Positions 1 to 12,408 of a DNA stretch of 64,000 bases are shown here, one piece after another. A program made the position numbers and the translations under genes. Location: NCBI RefSeq assembly GCF_016026235.1, contig NZ_CP065613.1. One strand, written 5' to 3'. The stretch's first letter is position 1, and every line of letters starts with the position of its first letter. The notes below the pieces were generated by a model. The model saw nothing but the letters and a program-made list of their open reading frames with translations. It did no database searches and had not been told where the DNA came from. Source of the DNA: Escherichia coli (GTDB taxonomy: Bacteria; Pseudomonadota; Gammaproteobacteria; Enterobacterales; Enterobacteriaceae).

Positions 1-132
1 TGCAATAATGAAATAAGAGCAAACGAAGAAACTTTCAGAATTAGTCCCGGCGGCGCAGAAAATTTTGCTATTCGCCTCGCAAGAACGGAGAGCCGTCGAT
101 TGACACTAAGGGCGGAGTGACATAATTTCAGG

Positions 133-282
133 AGTGAGGGTTAGGGAGAGGTTTCCCCCTCCCCCTGGTGTTCTTAGTAAGCCTGGAAGCTAATCACTAA
201 GAGTATCACCAGTATGATGACGTGCTTCATCATAACCCTTTCCTTATTAAAAGCCCTCTTCTCCGGGAGAGGCTTTCCCGTT
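133..282 (+). ncRNA. sibA: SibA-like antisense antitoxin sRNA (type I TA), approximate ends
   Basis: Sigma70-like promoter TTGACA (100-105) and CATAAT (121-126); transcript fully overlaps the opposite-strand 19-codon ibs ORF; ends at hairpin CCTCTTC-TCCG-GGGAGAGG with U-rich tail (~253-282); ~250-bp paralogous repeat of 1788-1990. Confidence 0.5.
174..233 (-). CDS. ibsA: Ibs-family small hydrophobic type I toxin (19 aa, MMKHVIILVILLVISFQAY)
   Basis: Own translation of minus strand; ATG-ATG start with GGAAAGGG SD-like sequence; embedded antisense inside the Sib repeat; resembles K-12 IbsA from memory. Confidence 0.55.
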   Translation of the reverse strand: MMKHVIILVILLVISFQAY

Positions 283-492
283 TCAGCGTCCCGCTGAAAT
301 CATCGGCTTACCTCCTTTCGCCCTGAATGCAGTCTATCGCTAACGCGTGAATAAAATAGTTTCCTCTGTGATTATTGCGTAACGACTCGCAAAGAATATT
401 TGCTGGCAGGATCGCAGACTACAAAGCCTACGGATTGACAATCTTATCGTGAAGGCATACTTTCAGGAGTGAGGGTAGAGCGGGGTTTCCCC

Positions 493-1787
493 CTGAGGAA
501 TCCCCAGAAAACAAGACAGGCATAGTGAGATGTGATCTAATTGATTGTGCTAACAATTTCAAGGAGATCACCACTATGCCTGCACGTTCATTATGCCAAA
601 ATTTCCTTAACAACATACTGGCCCCTTTGCATCTTTACCGTCAAAAATCACTGATTGACGCAACTAATGCTGTAATAAATGGCGCTTCCCTCACACTTAC
701 CAGTATCGGGCGTCATTTAACCGGTACGGCATCAGTTAAAAACAAAATAAAGCGGGTGGATCGACTGTTGGGGAATCGACATTTGCAAAATGAGGTTTCC
801 ACCATTTTTCAGCGAATTACCCAAAAGATTACGCGGGGAATGTCTCGTGTTGTGATACTCATTGACTGGAGTGCTTATCATGCCTCTCGTTTTCAGCTTT
901 TGCGGGCAAGCCTGGCATGTGACGGGCGTTCTTTACCGTTGATGAGTTGTGTCGTTCCATCATCACAGACAGCGAATGCAGATGTACATGAGCGTTTTCT
1001 GGAATCGCTTGCTGAGTGCTTTTCCCCCGGGACTGATGTCATTGTTATTACAGATGCCGGTTTTCAGGGGCGATGGTTCCAACAGCTCCGCTCCCGTGGC
1101 TGGACCTATATTTGCCGGGTACTGGGCAATCATTATTACAATGTTGGTAATGGCTGGGAAAAGGTGTCGGACTCAGGCACAAAAGCATCAACGACAGCAA
1201 TTTATTTAGGTGAAGGCCTGCTGGGTCGAGATAAAAATGCACAACATGAAGGGCATTTTTATCTTTATAAAAGTAAGCCTAAAGGTCGTAGATTTAAACG
1301 CTCGAAGGAAAGAGCAACCAGACCATCGGTGACGGCTAAAGCTCGTACTGCCGGGAAATCACCATGGTTTATTTTCACAAACAGTACTGAGTTCTCGCCA
1401 AAACAGGTAATGAAATTATACAGCCGTAGAATGCAAATTGAGCAAAATTTCAGGGATGAAAAAAATCCTCGCTGGGGATTTGGACTACGGTTTGGTGCCA
1501 GTCATTCATCCGGGCGGGTCACGGTATTGAGTCTGATCGCAACATTAGCCAGTATCATTATGTGGTTAAGCGGTTTCAGTCTGGAAAACAAAGGGATACA
1601 TCATAAATATCAGGCAAATACAGTGAAGCACAGGCGAGTCATCTCGTTATTAAAACTGGCGGAGAATGTGATTCGACATTCTCCACTCATACTAAACACA
1701 CTGTCACTTGACGCAGGGCTGAAAGTTCTACAGCAACGGTATACCAATATGATAATGGTTTACTAAATTTTCTGGGGATCCCTCAGG
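493..1787 (+). mobile_element. IS10-like IS4-family insertion sequence, copy 1 (1295 bp)
   Basis: Imperfect terminal inverted repeats CTGAGGAATCCCCAGAAAAC (left) and CCTGAGGGATCCCCAGAAAA (right, reverse complement); 9-bp target site duplication GGTTTCCCC at 484-492 and 1788-1796; single transposase ORF. Confidence 0.85.
525..1766 (+). CDS. IS4-family (IS10-like) DDE transposase
   Basis: ORF track 413 aa; motifs KRVDRLLGNRHLQNE and FQANTVKHRRV align with IS10 transposase (KRIDRLLGNRHL, FQANTVRNRNV) from memory; GTG start at 525, alternative ATG at 573 (MPARS) gives an IS10-like length of 397 aa. Confidence 0.8.
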   Translation: MRCDLIDCANNFKEITTMPARSLCQNFLNNILAPLHLYRQKSLIDATNAVINGASLTLTSIGRHLTGTASVKNKIKRVDRLLGNRHLQNEVSTIFQRITQKITRGMSRVVILIDWSAYHASRFQLLRASLACDGRSLPLMSCVVPSSQTANADVHERFLESLAECFSPGTDVIVITDAGFQGRWFQQLRSRGWTYICRVLGNHYYNVGNGWEKVSDSGTKASTTAIYLGEGLLGRDKNAQHEGHFYLYKSKPKGRRFKRSKERATRPSVTAKARTAGKSPWFIFTNSTEFSPKQVMKLYSRRMQIEQNFRDEKNPRWGFGLRFGASHSSGRVTVLSLIATLASIIMWLSGFSLENKGIHHKYQANTVKHRRVISLLKLAENVIRHSPLILNTLSLDAGLKVLQQRYTNMIMVY

Positions 1788-1935
1788 GGTTTCCCCCGCC
1801 CTGGTAGCCTTAGTAAGCTGGCCAGCTAATGACTAAGAGCACCACGATGATGAGTAGCTTCATCATGACCCTTTCCTTATTTATGGCCCCTTCCTCGGGA
1901 GGGGCTTTCCCGTTTCAGCGTCCCGCTGAAATCGG
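1788..1935 (+). ncRNA. sibB: SibB-like antitoxin sRNA, 3' portion only; promoter and first ~25 nt (435-492) separated by the IS at 493-1787
   Basis: Sequence 468-492 plus 1797-1935 aligns colinearly with the sibA repeat (133-282); promoter TTGACA 435-440 and CATACT 456-461; terminator hairpin CCCCTTCC-TCGG-GAGGGG ~1888-1925. Confidence 0.5.
1810..1866 (-). CDS. ibsB: Ibs-family small hydrophobic type I toxin (18 aa, MMKLLIIVVLLVISWPAY)
   Basis: Own translation of minus strand; same context as ibsA in the second Sib repeat; ORF intact. Confidence 0.55.
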   Translation of the reverse strand: MMKLLIIVVLLVISWPAY

Positions 1936-2073
1936 CGGCTTACCTCCTTTCGCCATGCAAGCAGTCTATCGCTAACGCGTAGATAAAATAGTTTCCTGTG
2001 TTATTACTGGATGCGTGCTCGCAAATGTGCCCGTCATTCAGACGATTCCCGACAGTGTTTCATAATTCCTCCA

Positions 2074-2091
2074 TTTTTCTCCCTTATTGGC
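2074..2091 (+). promoter_or_regulatory. Putative BaeR box upstream of mdtA
   Basis: TTTTTCTCCCTTATTGGC resembles the BaeR consensus TTTTTCTCCATDATTGGC (from memory); ~55 bp upstream of the mdtA start. Confidence 0.5.
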
Positions 2092-2144
2092 TGGCTACAC
2101 TAGTATCATTCCGCGAAACGTTTCAGGAAGAGAAACTCTTAACG

Positions 2145-3392
2145 ATGAAAGGCAGTTATAAATCCCGTTGGGTAATCGTAATCGTGGTGGTTATCGCCGC
2201 CATCGCCGCATTCTGGTTCTGGCAAGGCCGCAATGACTCCCAGAGTGCAGCCCCAGGGGCGACGAAACAAGCGCAGCAATCGCCAGCGGGTGGTCGCCGT
2301 GGTATGCGTTCCGGCCCATTAGCCCCGGTTCAGGCGGCGACCGCCGTAGAACAGGCAGTTCCGCGTTACCTCACCGGGCTTGGCACCATTATCGCCGCTA
2401 ATACTGTTACGGTGCGCAGCCGCGTGGACGGTCAACTGATGGCGTTACATTTCCAGGAAGGCCAGCAGGTCAAAGCAGGCGATTTACTGGCAGAAATTGA
2501 CCCCAGCCAGTTCAAAGTTGCATTAGCACAAACCCAGGGCCAACTGGCAAAAGATAAAGCCACGCTTGCTAACGCCCGCCGTGATCTGGCGCGTTATCAG
2601 CAACTGGCAAAAACCAATCTCGTCTCCCGTCAGGAGCTGGATGCCCAACAGGCGCTGGTCAGTGAAACCGAAGGCACCATTAAGGCTGATGAAGCAAGCG
2701 TCGCCAGCGCGCAGTTGCAACTCGACTGGAGCCGCATCACCGCACCAGTCGATGGTCGCGTTGGTCTCAAGCAGGTTGATGTTGGTAACCAAATCTCCAG
2801 TGGTGATACCACCGGAATTGTGGTGATCACCCAGACGCATCCTATCGATTTAGTCTTTACCCTGCCGGAAAGCGATATCGCTACTGTAGTGCAGGCGCAA
2901 AAAGCCGGAAAACCGCTGGTGGTAGAAGCCTGGGATCGCACCAATTCGAAGAAATTAAGTGAAGGCACGCTGTTAAGCCTCGATAACCAAATCGATGCCA
3001 CAACCGGTACGATTAAAGTGAAAGCACGCTTTAATAATCAGGATGATGCGCTGTTTCCCAATCAGTTTGTTAACGCGCGCATGTTAGTCGACACCGAACA
3101 AAACGCCGTAGTGATCCCAACAGCCGCCCTGCAAATGGGCAATGAAGGCCATTTTGTCTGGGTGCTGAATAGCGAAAACAAGGTCAGCAAACATCTGGTG
3201 ACGCCGGGCATTCAGGACAGTCAGAAAGTGGTGATCCGTGCAGGTATTTCTGCGGGCGATCGCGTGGTGACAGACGGCATTGATCGCCTGACCGAAGGGG
3301 CGAAAGTGGAAGTGGTGGAAGCCCAGAGCGCCACCACTCCGGAAGAGAAAGCCACCAGCCGCGAATACGCGAAAAAAGGAGCACGCTCCTGA
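2145..3392 (+). CDS. mdtA: Multidrug efflux RND membrane fusion protein MdtA (415 aa)
   Basis: ORF track 1998-3392; start trimmed to [10 protein letters not shown] (ATG 2145) by recognition of K-12 MdtA; 4-bp overlap with mdtB. Confidence 0.9.
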   Translation: MKGSYKSRWVIVIVVVIAAIAAFWFWQGRNDSQSAAPGATKQAQQSPAGGRRGMRSGPLAPVQAATAVEQAVPRYLTGLGTIIAANTVTVRSRVDGQLMALHFQEGQQVKAGDLLAEIDPSQFKVALAQTQGQLAKDKATLANARRDLARYQQLAKTNLVSRQELDAQQALVSETEGTIKADEASVASAQLQLDWSRITAPVDGRVGLKQVDVGNQISSGDTTGIVVITQTHPIDLVFTLPESDIATVVQAQKAGKPLVVEAWDRTNSKKLSEGTLLSLDNQIDATTGTIKVKARFNNQDDALFPNQFVNARMLVDTEQNAVVIPTAALQMGNEGHFVWVLNSENKVSKHLVTPGIQDSQKVVIRAGISAGDRVVTDGIDRLTEGAKVEVVEAQSATTPEEKATSREYAKKGARS

Positions 3393-6300
3393 TGCAGGTG
3401 TTACCCCCGAGCAGCACAGGCGGCCCGTCGCGCCTGTTTATTATGCGTCCTGTCGCCACCACGCTGCTGATGGTGGCGATCTTACTCGCCGGGATTATCG
3501 GTTATCGCGCCCTGCCCGTTTCGGCGCTGCCGGAAGTGGACTATCCGACCATTCAGGTGGTCACGCTCTACCCAGGTGCCAGCCCGGATGTCATGACCTC
3601 TGCCGTTACCGCGCCGCTCGAACGCCAGTTCGGGCAGATGTCTGGCCTGAAACAGATGTCGTCGCAAAGTTCCGGCGGTGCGTCAGTTATCACTTTGCAG
3701 TTCCAGCTAACATTACCGCTCGATGTCGCCGAGCAGGAAGTGCAGGCCGCGATTAACGCTGCGACCAACTTGTTGCCGAGCGATCTGCCTAACCCGCCGG
3801 TTTACAGCAAAGTGAACCCGGCAGATCCGCCGATCATGACGCTCGCCGTCACCTCAACCGCCATGCCGATGACGCAAGTGGAAGATATGGTGGAAACCCG
3901 CGTCGCGCAGAAAATCTCGCAGATTTCCGGCGTCGGCCTGGTGACGCTTTCCGGCGGTCAGCGTCCGGCTGTTCGCGTCAAACTTAACGCTCAGGCGATT
4001 GCCGCCCTCGGCCTGACCAGCGAAACCGTGCGCACCGCCATTACCGGCGCTAACGTTAACTCGGCAAAAGGTAGCCTCGACGGCCCTTCCCGTGCGGTCA
4101 CGCTTTCCGCGAACGACCAGATGCAATCCGCCGAAGAGTATCGCCAGCTAATCATCGCCTACCAGAACGGCGCGCCAATTCGTCTGGGCGATGTCGCAAC
4201 TGTAGAGCAAGGTGCAGAAAACAGCTGGCTCGGCGCGTGGGCGAACAAAGAACAGGCCATTGTGATGAATGTTCAGCGCCAGCCCGGTGCTAACATTATC
4301 TCCACCGCCGACAGCATTCGGCAGATGCAGCCACAGCTCACTGAGAGTCTGCCGAAATCGGTGAAGGTGACAGTGCTTTCCGATCGCACCACCAATATCC
4401 GCGCATCCGTCGATGATACTCAGTTTGAATTGATGATGGCTATCGCGCTGGTAGTCATGATTATCTACCTGTTTTTGCGCAATATTCCGGCGACCATCAT
4501 TCCCGGTGTTGCTGTACCGCTGTCGTTAATCGGCACTTTCGCGGTTATGGTGTTTCTCGATTTTTCAATCAATAACCTGACACTGATGGCGTTAACTATC
4601 GCCACCGGATTCGTGGTCGATGACGCCATCGTGGTGATCGAAAACATTTCCCGCTATATCGAAAAAGGCGAAAAACCGTTGGCGGCGGCGCTCAAGGGCG
4701 CAGGTGAAATCGGCTTTACCATTATCTCGCTGACCTTCTCACTGATTGCGGTGTTGATCCCACTGCTGTTTATGGGCGATATCGTCGGGCGACTGTTCCG
4801 CGAATTTGCTATTACCCTGGCGGTAGCGATTTTGATCTCAGCGGTGGTGTCGCTGACCCTGACACCGATGATGTGCGCGCGGATGCTCAGCCAGGAGTCG
4901 TTGCGTAAACAGAACCGCTTCTCCCGTGCCTCGGAAAAAATGTTCGACAGGATAATCGCCGCCTATGGTCGTGGACTGGCGAAAGTGCTGAATCATCCGT
5001 GGCTGACCTTAAGCGTGGCACTCAGCACGCTGCTGCTTAGCGTGCTGCTGTGGGTGTTCATTCCGAAAGGTTTCTTCCCGGTACAGGACAATGGCATTAT
5101 TCAGGGCACTTTGCAGGCACCGCAATCCAGCTCCTTTGCCAATATGGCCCAGCGACAACGCCAGGTCGCGGACGTGATTTTGCAGGATCCGGCAGTGCAA
5201 AGCCTGACCTCATTTGTTGGCGTTGATGGCACTAACCCGTCGCTGAATAGTGCACGTTTACAAATCAACCTCAAACCGTTGGATGAACGTGATGATCGGG
5301 TGCAAAAAGTCATCGCCCGTCTGCAAACGGCGGTAGATAAAGTGCCGGGCGTCGATCTCTTCCTGCAACCAACGCAGGATCTGACTATTGATACTCAGGT
5401 CAGCCGCACCCAGTACCAGTTTACCTTGCAGGCCACCTCACTGGATGCGCTCAGTACCTGGGTGCCACAGTTGATGGAAAAACTCCAGCAACTGCCACAG
5501 CTTTCTGATGTCTCCAGCGACTGGCAGGACAAAGGGCTGGTGGCGTATGTCAATGTTGATCGCGACAGCGCCAGCCGTCTGGGGATCAGCATGGCGGATG
5601 TCGATAACGCCCTGTACAACGCGTTTGGTCAGCGACTGATTTCCACTATTTATACTCAGGCTAACCAGTATCGCGTGGTGCTGGAGCACAACACCGAAAT
5701 TACCCCGGGCCTCGCGGCGCTGGATACCATTCGCCTGACCAGTAGCGACGGCGGCGTGGTGCAGTTAAGCTCAATTGCCAAAGTTGAACAGCGTTTTGCG
5801 CCGCTTTCCATCAACCATCTGGATCAGTTCCCGGTAACGACCATCTCCTTTAACGTGCCGGATAACTATTCGCTGGGCGATGCGGTGCAGGCGATTATGG
5901 ACACCGAAAAGACGCTGAATCTGCCGGTGGATATCACCACGCAGTTCCAGGGCAGCACCCTCGCCTTCCAGTCGGCGCTGGGCAGCACTGTCTGGCTGAT
6001 TGTCGCGGCGGTGGTGGCGATGTATATCGTGCTCGGCATTCTGTACGAGAGCTTTATTCACCCGATCACCATTCTCTCGACGCTACCCACCGCAGGAGTC
6101 GGCGCACTGCTGGCGTTAATGATTGCCGGTAGCGAACTGGATGTGATTGCGATTATCGGCATTATTTTGCTGATCGGTATCGTGAAGAAGAACGCCATCA
6201 TGATGATCGACTTCGCGCTGGCTGCTGAGCGCGAGCAAGGCATGTCGCCGCGCGATGCCATCTACCAGGCTTGTCTGTTGCGTTTTCGTCCGATCCTGAT

Positions 6301-6514
6301 GACCACTCTGGCGGCTCTGCTTGGCGCGCTGCCGCTGATGTTGAGTACCGGGGTCGGCGCGGAACTGCGTCGTCCGTTAGGTATCGGCATGGTCGGCGGC
6401 CTGATTGTCAGCCAGGTGCTGACGCTGTTTACCACGCCGGTGATTTATCTGCTGTTCGACCGCCTGGCATTGTGGACCAAAAGTCGCTTTGCTCGCCATG
6501 AAGAGGAGGCGTAA
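3392..6514 (+). CDS. mdtB: RND efflux permease MdtB (1040 aa)
   Basis: ORF track; AcrB-family 12-TM protein; sequence recognised. Confidence 0.92.
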   Translation: MQVLPPSSTGGPSRLFIMRPVATTLLMVAILLAGIIGYRALPVSALPEVDYPTIQVVTLYPGASPDVMTSAVTAPLERQFGQMSGLKQMSSQSSGGASVITLQFQLTLPLDVAEQEVQAAINAATNLLPSDLPNPPVYSKVNPADPPIMTLAVTSTAMPMTQVEDMVETRVAQKISQISGVGLVTLSGGQRPAVRVKLNAQAIAALGLTSETVRTAITGANVNSAKGSLDGPSRAVTLSANDQMQSAEEYRQLIIAYQNGAPIRLGDVATVEQGAENSWLGAWANKEQAIVMNVQRQPGANIISTADSIRQMQPQLTESLPKSVKVTVLSDRTTNIRASVDDTQFELMMAIALVVMIIYLFLRNIPATIIPGVAVPLSLIGTFAVMVFLDFSINNLTLMALTIATGFVVDDAIVVIENISRYIEKGEKPLAAALKGAGEIGFTIISLTFSLIAVLIPLLFMGDIVGRLFREFAITLAVAILISAVVSLTLTPMMCARMLSQESLRKQNRFSRASEKMFDRIIAAYGRGLAKVLNHPWLTLSVALSTLLLSVLLWVFIPKGFFPVQDNGIIQGTLQAPQSSSFANMAQRQRQVADVILQDPAVQSLTSFVGVDGTNPSLNSARLQINLKPLDERDDRVQKVIARLQTAVDKVPGVDLFLQPTQDLTIDTQVSRTQYQFTLQATSLDALSTWVPQLMEKLQQLPQLSDVSSDWQDKGLVAYVNVDRDSASRLGISMADVDNALYNAFGQRLISTIYTQANQYRVVLEHNTEITPGLAALDTIRLTSSDGGVVQLSSIAKVEQRFAPLSINHLDQFPVTTISFNVPDNYSLGDAVQAIMDTEKTLNLPVDITTQFQGSTLAFQSALGSTVWLIVAAVVAMYIVLGILYESFIHPITILSTLPTAGVGALLALMIAGSELDVIAIIGIILLIGIVKKNAIMMIDFALAAEREQGMSPRDAIYQACLLRFRPILMTTLAALLGALPLMLSTGVGAELRRPLGIGMVGGLIVSQVLTLFTTPVIYLLFDRLALWTKSRFARHEEEA

Positions 6515-9500
6515 GTGAAGTTTTTTGCCCTCTTCATTTACCGTCCGGTGGCGACGATTTTACTGTCGGTTGCCATTACCCTGTGCGGCATACTGGGCTT
6601 CCGTATGCTGCCGGTCGCCCCGCTGCCGCAGGTCGATTTTCCGGTGATTATGGTCAGCGCCTCGCTGCCCGGTGCGTCACCAGAAACAATGGCGTCTTCC
6701 GTTGCCACGCCGCTGGAGCGCTCACTTGGGCGCATTGCCGGAGTCAGTGAAATGACCTCCAGCAGTTCGCTCGGCAGCACGCGTATTATTTTGCAGTTTG
6801 ATTTTGACCGGGATATCAACGGCGCGGCGCGCGATGTGCAGGCGGCGATCAACGCTGCACAAAGTTTGCTGCCCAGCGGGATGCCCAGCCGTCCGACCTA
6901 TCGCAAAGCTAACCCGTCGGATGCGCCAATTATGATCCTCACGCTGACATCCGATACTTATTCGCAGGGTGAACTGTACGATTTCGCCTCGACGCAGCTG
7001 GCTCCGACGATTTCGCAAATCGACGGTGTTGGTGATGTCGATGTCGGCGGCAGCTCACTGCCCGCCGTACGCGTCGGGCTGAATCCGCAGGCGCTGTTTA
7101 ATCAGGGCGTCTCGCTGGACGACGTACGCACTGCCATCAGCAATGCCAACGTGCGTAAACCGCAGGGGGCGCTGGAAGATGGCACTCACCGCTGGCAGAT
7201 CCAGACCAATGATGAGCTAAAAACCGCCGCCGAATATCAGCCGCTGATTATTCATTACAACAACGGCGGCGCGGTTCGTCTGGGCGATGTGGCGACAGTG
7301 ACCGACTCTGTACAGGATGTACGTAACGCCGGGATGACCAATGCCAAACCGGCTATTTTGCTGATGATCCGCAAGCTGCCGGAAGCCAATATTATCCAGA
7401 CGGTTGACAGCATCCGGGCAAAATTACCGGAGTTGCAGGAAACCATTCCGGCGGCGATTGATCTGCAAATTGCCCAGGATCGCTCCCCCACCATTCGCGC
7501 CTCGCTGGAAGAAGTCGAGCAAACGCTGATTATCTCGGTGGCGCTGGTGATTCTGGTGGTGTTTTTATTCCTGCGCTCGGGTCGCGCCACTATTATTCCC
7601 GCCGTTTCGGTGCCGGTTTCGCTGATTGGTACGTTTGCGGCGATGTACCTGTGCGGATTCAGTCTCAATAACCTTTCGTTAATGGCGCTCACCATCGCTA
7701 CTGGTTTCGTGGTGGATGACGCCATCGTGGTGCTGGAAAACATTGCCCGTCATCTGGAAGCGGGAATGAAACCGTTGCAAGCCGCACTGCAAGGTACTCG
7801 CGAAGTCGGTTTTACGGTGCTGTCGATGAGTCTGTCACTGGTGGCGGTGTTCCTGCCGCTGCTGTTGATGGGCGGATTGCCGGGCCGACTGTTACGCGAG
7901 TTTGCCGTGACGCTTTCTGTCGCCATTGGTATTTCGTTGCTGGTTTCCCTGACGCTAACGCCAATGATGTGCGGCTGGATGCTAAAAGCCAGCAAGCCGC
8001 GTGAGCAAAAGCGACTGCGTGGTTTTGGTCGCATGTTGGTTGCCCTGCAACAAGGCTACGGCAAGTCACTGAAATGGGTGCTCAATCATACCCGTCTGGT
8101 GGGCGTAGTGCTGCTTGGCACCATTGCGCTGAATATCTGGCTATATATCTCGATCCCGAAAACCTTCTTCCCGGAGCAGGACACTGGCGTGTTGATGGGC
8201 GGGATTCAGGCGGATCAGAGTATTTCGTTTCAGGCGATGCGCGGTAAGTTGCAGGATTTCATGAAAATTATCCGTGACGATCCGGCAGTGGATAATGTCA
8301 CCGGCTTTACAGGCGGTTCGCGAGTGAACAGCGGGATGATGTTTATCACCCTCAAGCCACGCGACGAACGCAGCGAAACGGCGCAGCAAATTATCGACCG
8401 TCTGCGCGTAAAACTGGCGAAAGAACCGGGGGCGAATCTGTTCCTGATGGCGGTACAGGATATTCGCGTTGGTGGGCGTCAGTCGAACGCCAGCTACCAG
8501 TACACGTTGTTATCCGACGACCTGGCGGCACTGCGAGAATGGGAGCCGAAAATCCGCAAAAAACTGGCGACGTTGCCGGAACTGGCGGACGTGAACTCCG
8601 ATCAGCAGGATAACGGCGCGGAGATGAATCTGGTTTACGACCGCGACACCATGGCACGGCTGGGAATCGACGTACAAGCCGCCAACAGTCTGTTAAATAA
8701 CGCCTTCGGTCAGCGGCAAATCTCGACCATTTACCAGCCGATGAACCAGTATAAAGTGGTGATGGAAGTGGATCCGCGCTATACCCAGGACATCAGTGCG
8801 CTGGAAAAAATGTTCGTTATCAATAACGAAGGCAAAGCGATCCCGCTGTCGTATTTCGCTAAATGGCAACCGGCGAATGCCCCACTATCGGTGAATCATC
8901 AGGGATTATCGGCGGCCTCGACCATTTCGTTTAACCTGCCGACCGGAAAATCGCTCTCGGACGCCAGTGCGGCGATCGATCGCGCAATGACCCAGCTTGG
9001 GGTGCCTTCGACGGTGCGCGGCAGTTTTGCCGGCACGGCGCAGGTGTTCCAGGAGACGATGAACTCGCAGGTGATCCTGATTATCGCCGCCATCGCCACG
9101 GTGTATATCGTGCTGGGTATCCTTTACGAGAGTTACGTACATCCGCTGACGATTCTCTCCACCCTGCCCTCGGCGGGCGTTGGAGCGCTGTTGGCGCTGG
9201 AGCTGTTCAATGCCCCGTTCAGCCTAATCGCCCTGATAGGGATCATGCTATTAATCGGCATCGTGAAGAAAAACGCCATTATGATGGTCGATTTTGCGCT
9301 TGAAGCCCAACGGCACGGTAACCTGACGCCGCAGGAAGCTATTTTCCAGGCCTGTCTGCTGCGTTTTCGCCCGATTATGATGACCACCCTGGCGGCGCTG
9401 TTTGGTGCGCTGCCGCTGGTATTGTCGGGCGGCGACGGCTCGGAGCTGCGGCAACCCCTGGGGATCACCATTGTCGGCGGACTGGTAATGAGCCAGCTCC

Positions 9501-9592
9501 TTACGCTGTATACCACGCCGGTGGTGTATCTCTTTTTCGACCGTCTGCGGCTGCGTTTTTCGCGTAAACCTAAACAAACGGTAACCGAGTAA
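6515..9592 (+). CDS. mdtC: RND efflux permease MdtC (1025 aa)
   Basis: ORF track; GTG start immediately after the mdtB stop; paralogous to MdtB. Confidence 0.92.
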   Translation: MKFFALFIYRPVATILLSVAITLCGILGFRMLPVAPLPQVDFPVIMVSASLPGASPETMASSVATPLERSLGRIAGVSEMTSSSSLGSTRIILQFDFDRDINGAARDVQAAINAAQSLLPSGMPSRPTYRKANPSDAPIMILTLTSDTYSQGELYDFASTQLAPTISQIDGVGDVDVGGSSLPAVRVGLNPQALFNQGVSLDDVRTAISNANVRKPQGALEDGTHRWQIQTNDELKTAAEYQPLIIHYNNGGAVRLGDVATVTDSVQDVRNAGMTNAKPAILLMIRKLPEANIIQTVDSIRAKLPELQETIPAAIDLQIAQDRSPTIRASLEEVEQTLIISVALVILVVFLFLRSGRATIIPAVSVPVSLIGTFAAMYLCGFSLNNLSLMALTIATGFVVDDAIVVLENIARHLEAGMKPLQAALQGTREVGFTVLSMSLSLVAVFLPLLLMGGLPGRLLREFAVTLSVAIGISLLVSLTLTPMMCGWMLKASKPREQKRLRGFGRMLVALQQGYGKSLKWVLNHTRLVGVVLLGTIALNIWLYISIPKTFFPEQDTGVLMGGIQADQSISFQAMRGKLQDFMKIIRDDPAVDNVTGFTGGSRVNSGMMFITLKPRDERSETAQQIIDRLRVKLAKEPGANLFLMAVQDIRVGGRQSNASYQYTLLSDDLAALREWEPKIRKKLATLPELADVNSDQQDNGAEMNLVYDRDTMARLGIDVQAANSLLNNAFGQRQISTIYQPMNQYKVVMEVDPRYTQDISALEKMFVINNEGKAIPLSYFAKWQPANAPLSVNHQGLSAASTISFNLPTGKSLSDASAAIDRAMTQLGVPSTVRGSFAGTAQVFQETMNSQVILIIAAIATVYIVLGILYESYVHPLTILSTLPSAGVGALLALELFNAPFSLIALIGIMLLIGIVKKNAIMMVDFALEAQRHGNLTPQEAIFQACLLRFRPIMMTTLAALFGALPLVLSGGDGSELRQPLGITIVGGLVMSQLLTLYTTPVVYLFFDRLRLRFSRKPKQTVTE

Positions 9593-11008
9593 ATGACAGA
9601 TCTTCCCGACAGCACCCGTTGGCAATTGTGGATTGTGGCTTTCGGCTTCTTTATGCAGTCGCTGGACACCACCATCGTAAACACCGCCCTTCCCTCAATG
9701 GCGCAAAGCCTCGGGGAAAGTCCGTTGCATATGCACATGGTCATTGTCTCTTATGTGCTGACCGTGGCGGTGATGCTGCCCGCCAGCGGCTGGCTGGCGG
9801 ACAAAGTCGGCGTGCGCAATATTTTCTTTACCGCCATCGTGCTGTTTACTCTCGGTTCACTGTTTTGCGCGCTTTCCGGCACGCTGAACGAACTGTTGCT
9901 GGCACGCGCGTTACAGGGCGTTGGCGGCGCGATGATGGTGCCGGTCGGCAGATTGACGGTGATGAAAATCGTACCGCGCGAGCAATATATGGCGGCGATG
10001 ACCTTTGTCACGTTACCCGGTCAGGTCGGTCCGCTGCTCGGTCCGGCGCTCGGCGGTCTGCTGGTGGAGTACGCGTCGTGGCACTGGATCTTTTTGATCA
10101 ACATTCCGGTGGGGATTATCGGTGCGATCGCCACATTGCTGTTAATGCCGAACTACACCATGCAGACGCGGCGCTTTGATCTCTCCGGATTTTTATTGCT
10201 GGCGGTTGGCATGGCGGTATTAACCCTGGCGCTGGACGGCAGTAAAGGTACAGGTTTATCGCCGCTGACGATTGCAGGCCTGGTCGCAGTTGGCGTGGTG
10301 GCACTGGTGCTTTATCTGCTGCACGCCAGAAATAACCACCGCGCTCTTTTCAGTCTGAAACTGTTCCGCACTCGTACCTTTTCGCTGGGCCTGGCGGGGA
10401 GCTTTGCCGGACGTATTGGCAGTGGCATGTTGCCCTTTATGACACCGGTTTTCCTGCAAATTGGCCTCGGTTTCTCGCCTTTTCATGCCGGACTGATGAT
10501 GATCCCGATGGTGCTCGGCAGCATGGGGATGAAGCGAATTGTGGTACAGGTGGTGAATCGCTTTGGCTATCGTCGGGTACTGGTGGCAACCACGCTTGGC
10601 CTGTCGCTGGTCACCCTGTTGTTTATGACTACCGCCCTGCTGGGCTGGTACTACGTTTTGCCGTTCGTCCTGTTTTTACAAGGGATGGTCAACTCGACGC
10701 GTTTCTCCTCCATGAACACCCTGACGCTGAAAGATCTCCCGGACAATCTGGCGAGCAGCGGCAACAGCCTACTGTCGATGATTATGCAATTGTCGATGAG
10801 TATCGGCGTCACTATCGCCGGGCTGTTGCTGGGACTTTTTGGTTCACAGCATGTCAGCGTCGACAGCGGCACCACACAAACCGTCTTTATGTACACCTGG
10901 CTTAGCATGGCGTTGATCATCGCCCTTCCGGCGTTCATCTTTGCCAGAGTGCCGAACGATACGCATCAAAATGTAGCTATTTCGCGGCGAAAAAGGAGCG
11001 CGCAATGA
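9593..11008 (+). CDS. mdtD: MFS transporter MdtD (471 aa)
   Basis: ORF track; contiguous with mdtC; multi-TM hydrophobic protein. Confidence 0.9.
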   Translation: MTDLPDSTRWQLWIVAFGFFMQSLDTTIVNTALPSMAQSLGESPLHMHMVIVSYVLTVAVMLPASGWLADKVGVRNIFFTAIVLFTLGSLFCALSGTLNELLLARALQGVGGAMMVPVGRLTVMKIVPREQYMAAMTFVTLPGQVGPLLGPALGGLLVEYASWHWIFLINIPVGIIGAIATLLLMPNYTMQTRRFDLSGFLLLAVGMAVLTLALDGSKGTGLSPLTIAGLVAVGVVALVLYLLHARNNHRALFSLKLFRTRTFSLGLAGSFAGRIGSGMLPFMTPVFLQIGLGFSPFHAGLMMIPMVLGSMGMKRIVVQVVNRFGYRRVLVATTLGLSLVTLLFMTTALLGWYYVLPFVLFLQGMVNSTRFSSMNTLTLKDLPDNLASSGNSLLSMIMQLSMSIGVTIAGLLLGLFGSQHVSVDSGTTQTVFMYTWLSMALIIALPAFIFARVPNDTHQNVAISRRKRSAQ

Positions 11009-12408
11009 AGTTCTGGCGACCCGGTATTACCGGCAAACTGTTTCTGGCGATTTTCGCCACCTGCATTGTCTTGCTGATCAGTATGCACTGGGCGGTGCGT
11101 ATCAGTTTTGAGCGTGGCTTTATTGATTACATCAAGCATGGTAATGAACAGCGATTACAACTGTTAAGTGATGCGCTTGGCGAGCAGTATGCGCAGCATG
11201 GCAACTGGCGCTTCCTGCGCAACAATGATCGCTTTGTCTTTCAGATCCTGCGTTCATTTGAACACGATAATTCGGAAGATAAACCCGGCCCGGGTATGCC
11301 ACCGCACGGCTGGCGTACCCAGTTCTGGGTGGTTGATCAAAACAACAAAGTGCTGGTTGGTCCGCGAGCGCCGATTCCACCTGACGGTACACGGCGACCC
11401 ATTCTGGTCAACGGTGCGGAAGTTGGCGCGGTGATCGCCTCCCCCGTTGAGCGGTTAACGCGCAATACTGATATCAATTTCGATAAACAACAGCGGCAAA
11501 CCAGCTGGTTGATTGTCGCCCTGGCAACGTTACTCGCGGCACTTGCCACTTTTCTGCTGGCGCGCGGTTTACTGGCACCGGTAAAACGACTTGTCGATGG
11601 CACGCACAAACTGGCGGCGGGCGATTTCACTACCCGCGTAACGCCCACCAGTGAAGATGAACTGGGCAAACTGGCGCAAGACTTCAACCAGCTTGCCAGC
11701 ACACTGGAGAAAAACCAGCAAATGCGGCGCGATTTTATGGCCGATATTTCTCACGAACTGCGTACGCCATTAGCGGTGCTGCGCGGTGAACTGGAAGCCA
11801 TTCAGGATGGCGTGCGTAAATTCACGCCGGAGACGGTGGCGTCTTTACAGGCGGAGGTCGGTACACTGACCAAACTGGTTGACGATCTCCATCAGTTGTC
11901 GATGTCTGATGAAGGCGCTCTCGCCTATCAAAAAGCACCGGTAGATTTGATCCCACTGCTGGAAGTGGCGGGCGGCGCATTTCGCGAACGATTCGCCAGT
12001 CGTGGCCTGAAACTGCAATTTTCCCTGCCAGACAGTATTACCGTATTTGGCGATCGCGACCGTTTAATGCAGTTATTCAATAACTTACTTGAAAACAGCC
12101 TGCGCTATACTGACAGCGGCGGCAGCCTGCAAATCTCTGCCGGGCAGCGCGACAAAACGGTGCGCCTGACCTTTGCCGACAGTGCGCCAGGTGTCAGTGA
12201 CGATCAGCTACAAAAATTGTTTGAACGTTTTTATCGCACCGAAGGTTCCCGCAACCGTGCCAGCGGCGGTTCCGGGCTGGGGCTGGCGATTTGCCTGAAC
12301 ATTGTTGAAGCACATAATGGTCGCATTATTGCTGCCCATTCGCCTTTTGGCGGGGTAAGCATTACAGTAGAGTTACCGCTGGAACGGGATTTACAGAGAG
12401 AAGTATGA
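11005..12408 (+). CDS. baeS: Envelope stress sensor histidine kinase BaeS (467 aa)
   Basis: ORF track; HAMP and H-box ([12 protein letters not shown]) plus ATPase motifs; overlaps mdtD by 4 bp. Confidence 0.9.
   Translation: MKFWRPGITGKLFLAIFATCIVLLISMHWAVRISFERGFIDYIKHGNEQRLQLLSDALGEQYAQHGNWRFLRNNDRFVFQILRSFEHDNSEDKPGPGMPPHGWRTQFWVVDQNNKVLVGPRAPIPPDGTRRPILVNGAEVGAVIASPVERLTRNTDINFDKQQRQTSWLIVALATLLAALATFLLARGLLAPVKRLVDGTHKLAAGDFTTRVTPTSEDELGKLAQDFNQLASTLEKNQQMRRDFMADISHELRTPLAVLRGELEAIQDGVRKFTPETVASLQAEVGTLTKLVDDLHQLSMSDEGALAYQKAPVDLIPLLEVAGGAFRERFASRGLKLQFSLPDSITVFGDRDRLMQLFNNLLENSLRYTDSGGSLQISAGQRDKTVRLTFADSAPGVSDDQLQKLFERFYRTEGSRNRASGGSGLGLAICLNIVEAHNGRIIAAHSPFGGVSITVELPLERDLQREV

Noticed and set aside
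949-1242. Internal 86-aa (+) and 64-aa (-) ORFs inside the IS10-like element (also in copies 2 and 3)
   Set aside because: Nested or out of frame within the transposase gene; no independent support
1998-2144. N-terminal extension of the mdtA ORF (49 extra codons)
   Set aside because: Extension covers the putative BaeR box and promoter region; the conserved MdtA start is MKGSYKS at 2145
9133-9744. 203-aa minus-strand ORF spanning the mdtC-mdtD junction
   Set aside because: Antisense to two well-supported transporter genes; low-complexity Arg/Ser-rich translation
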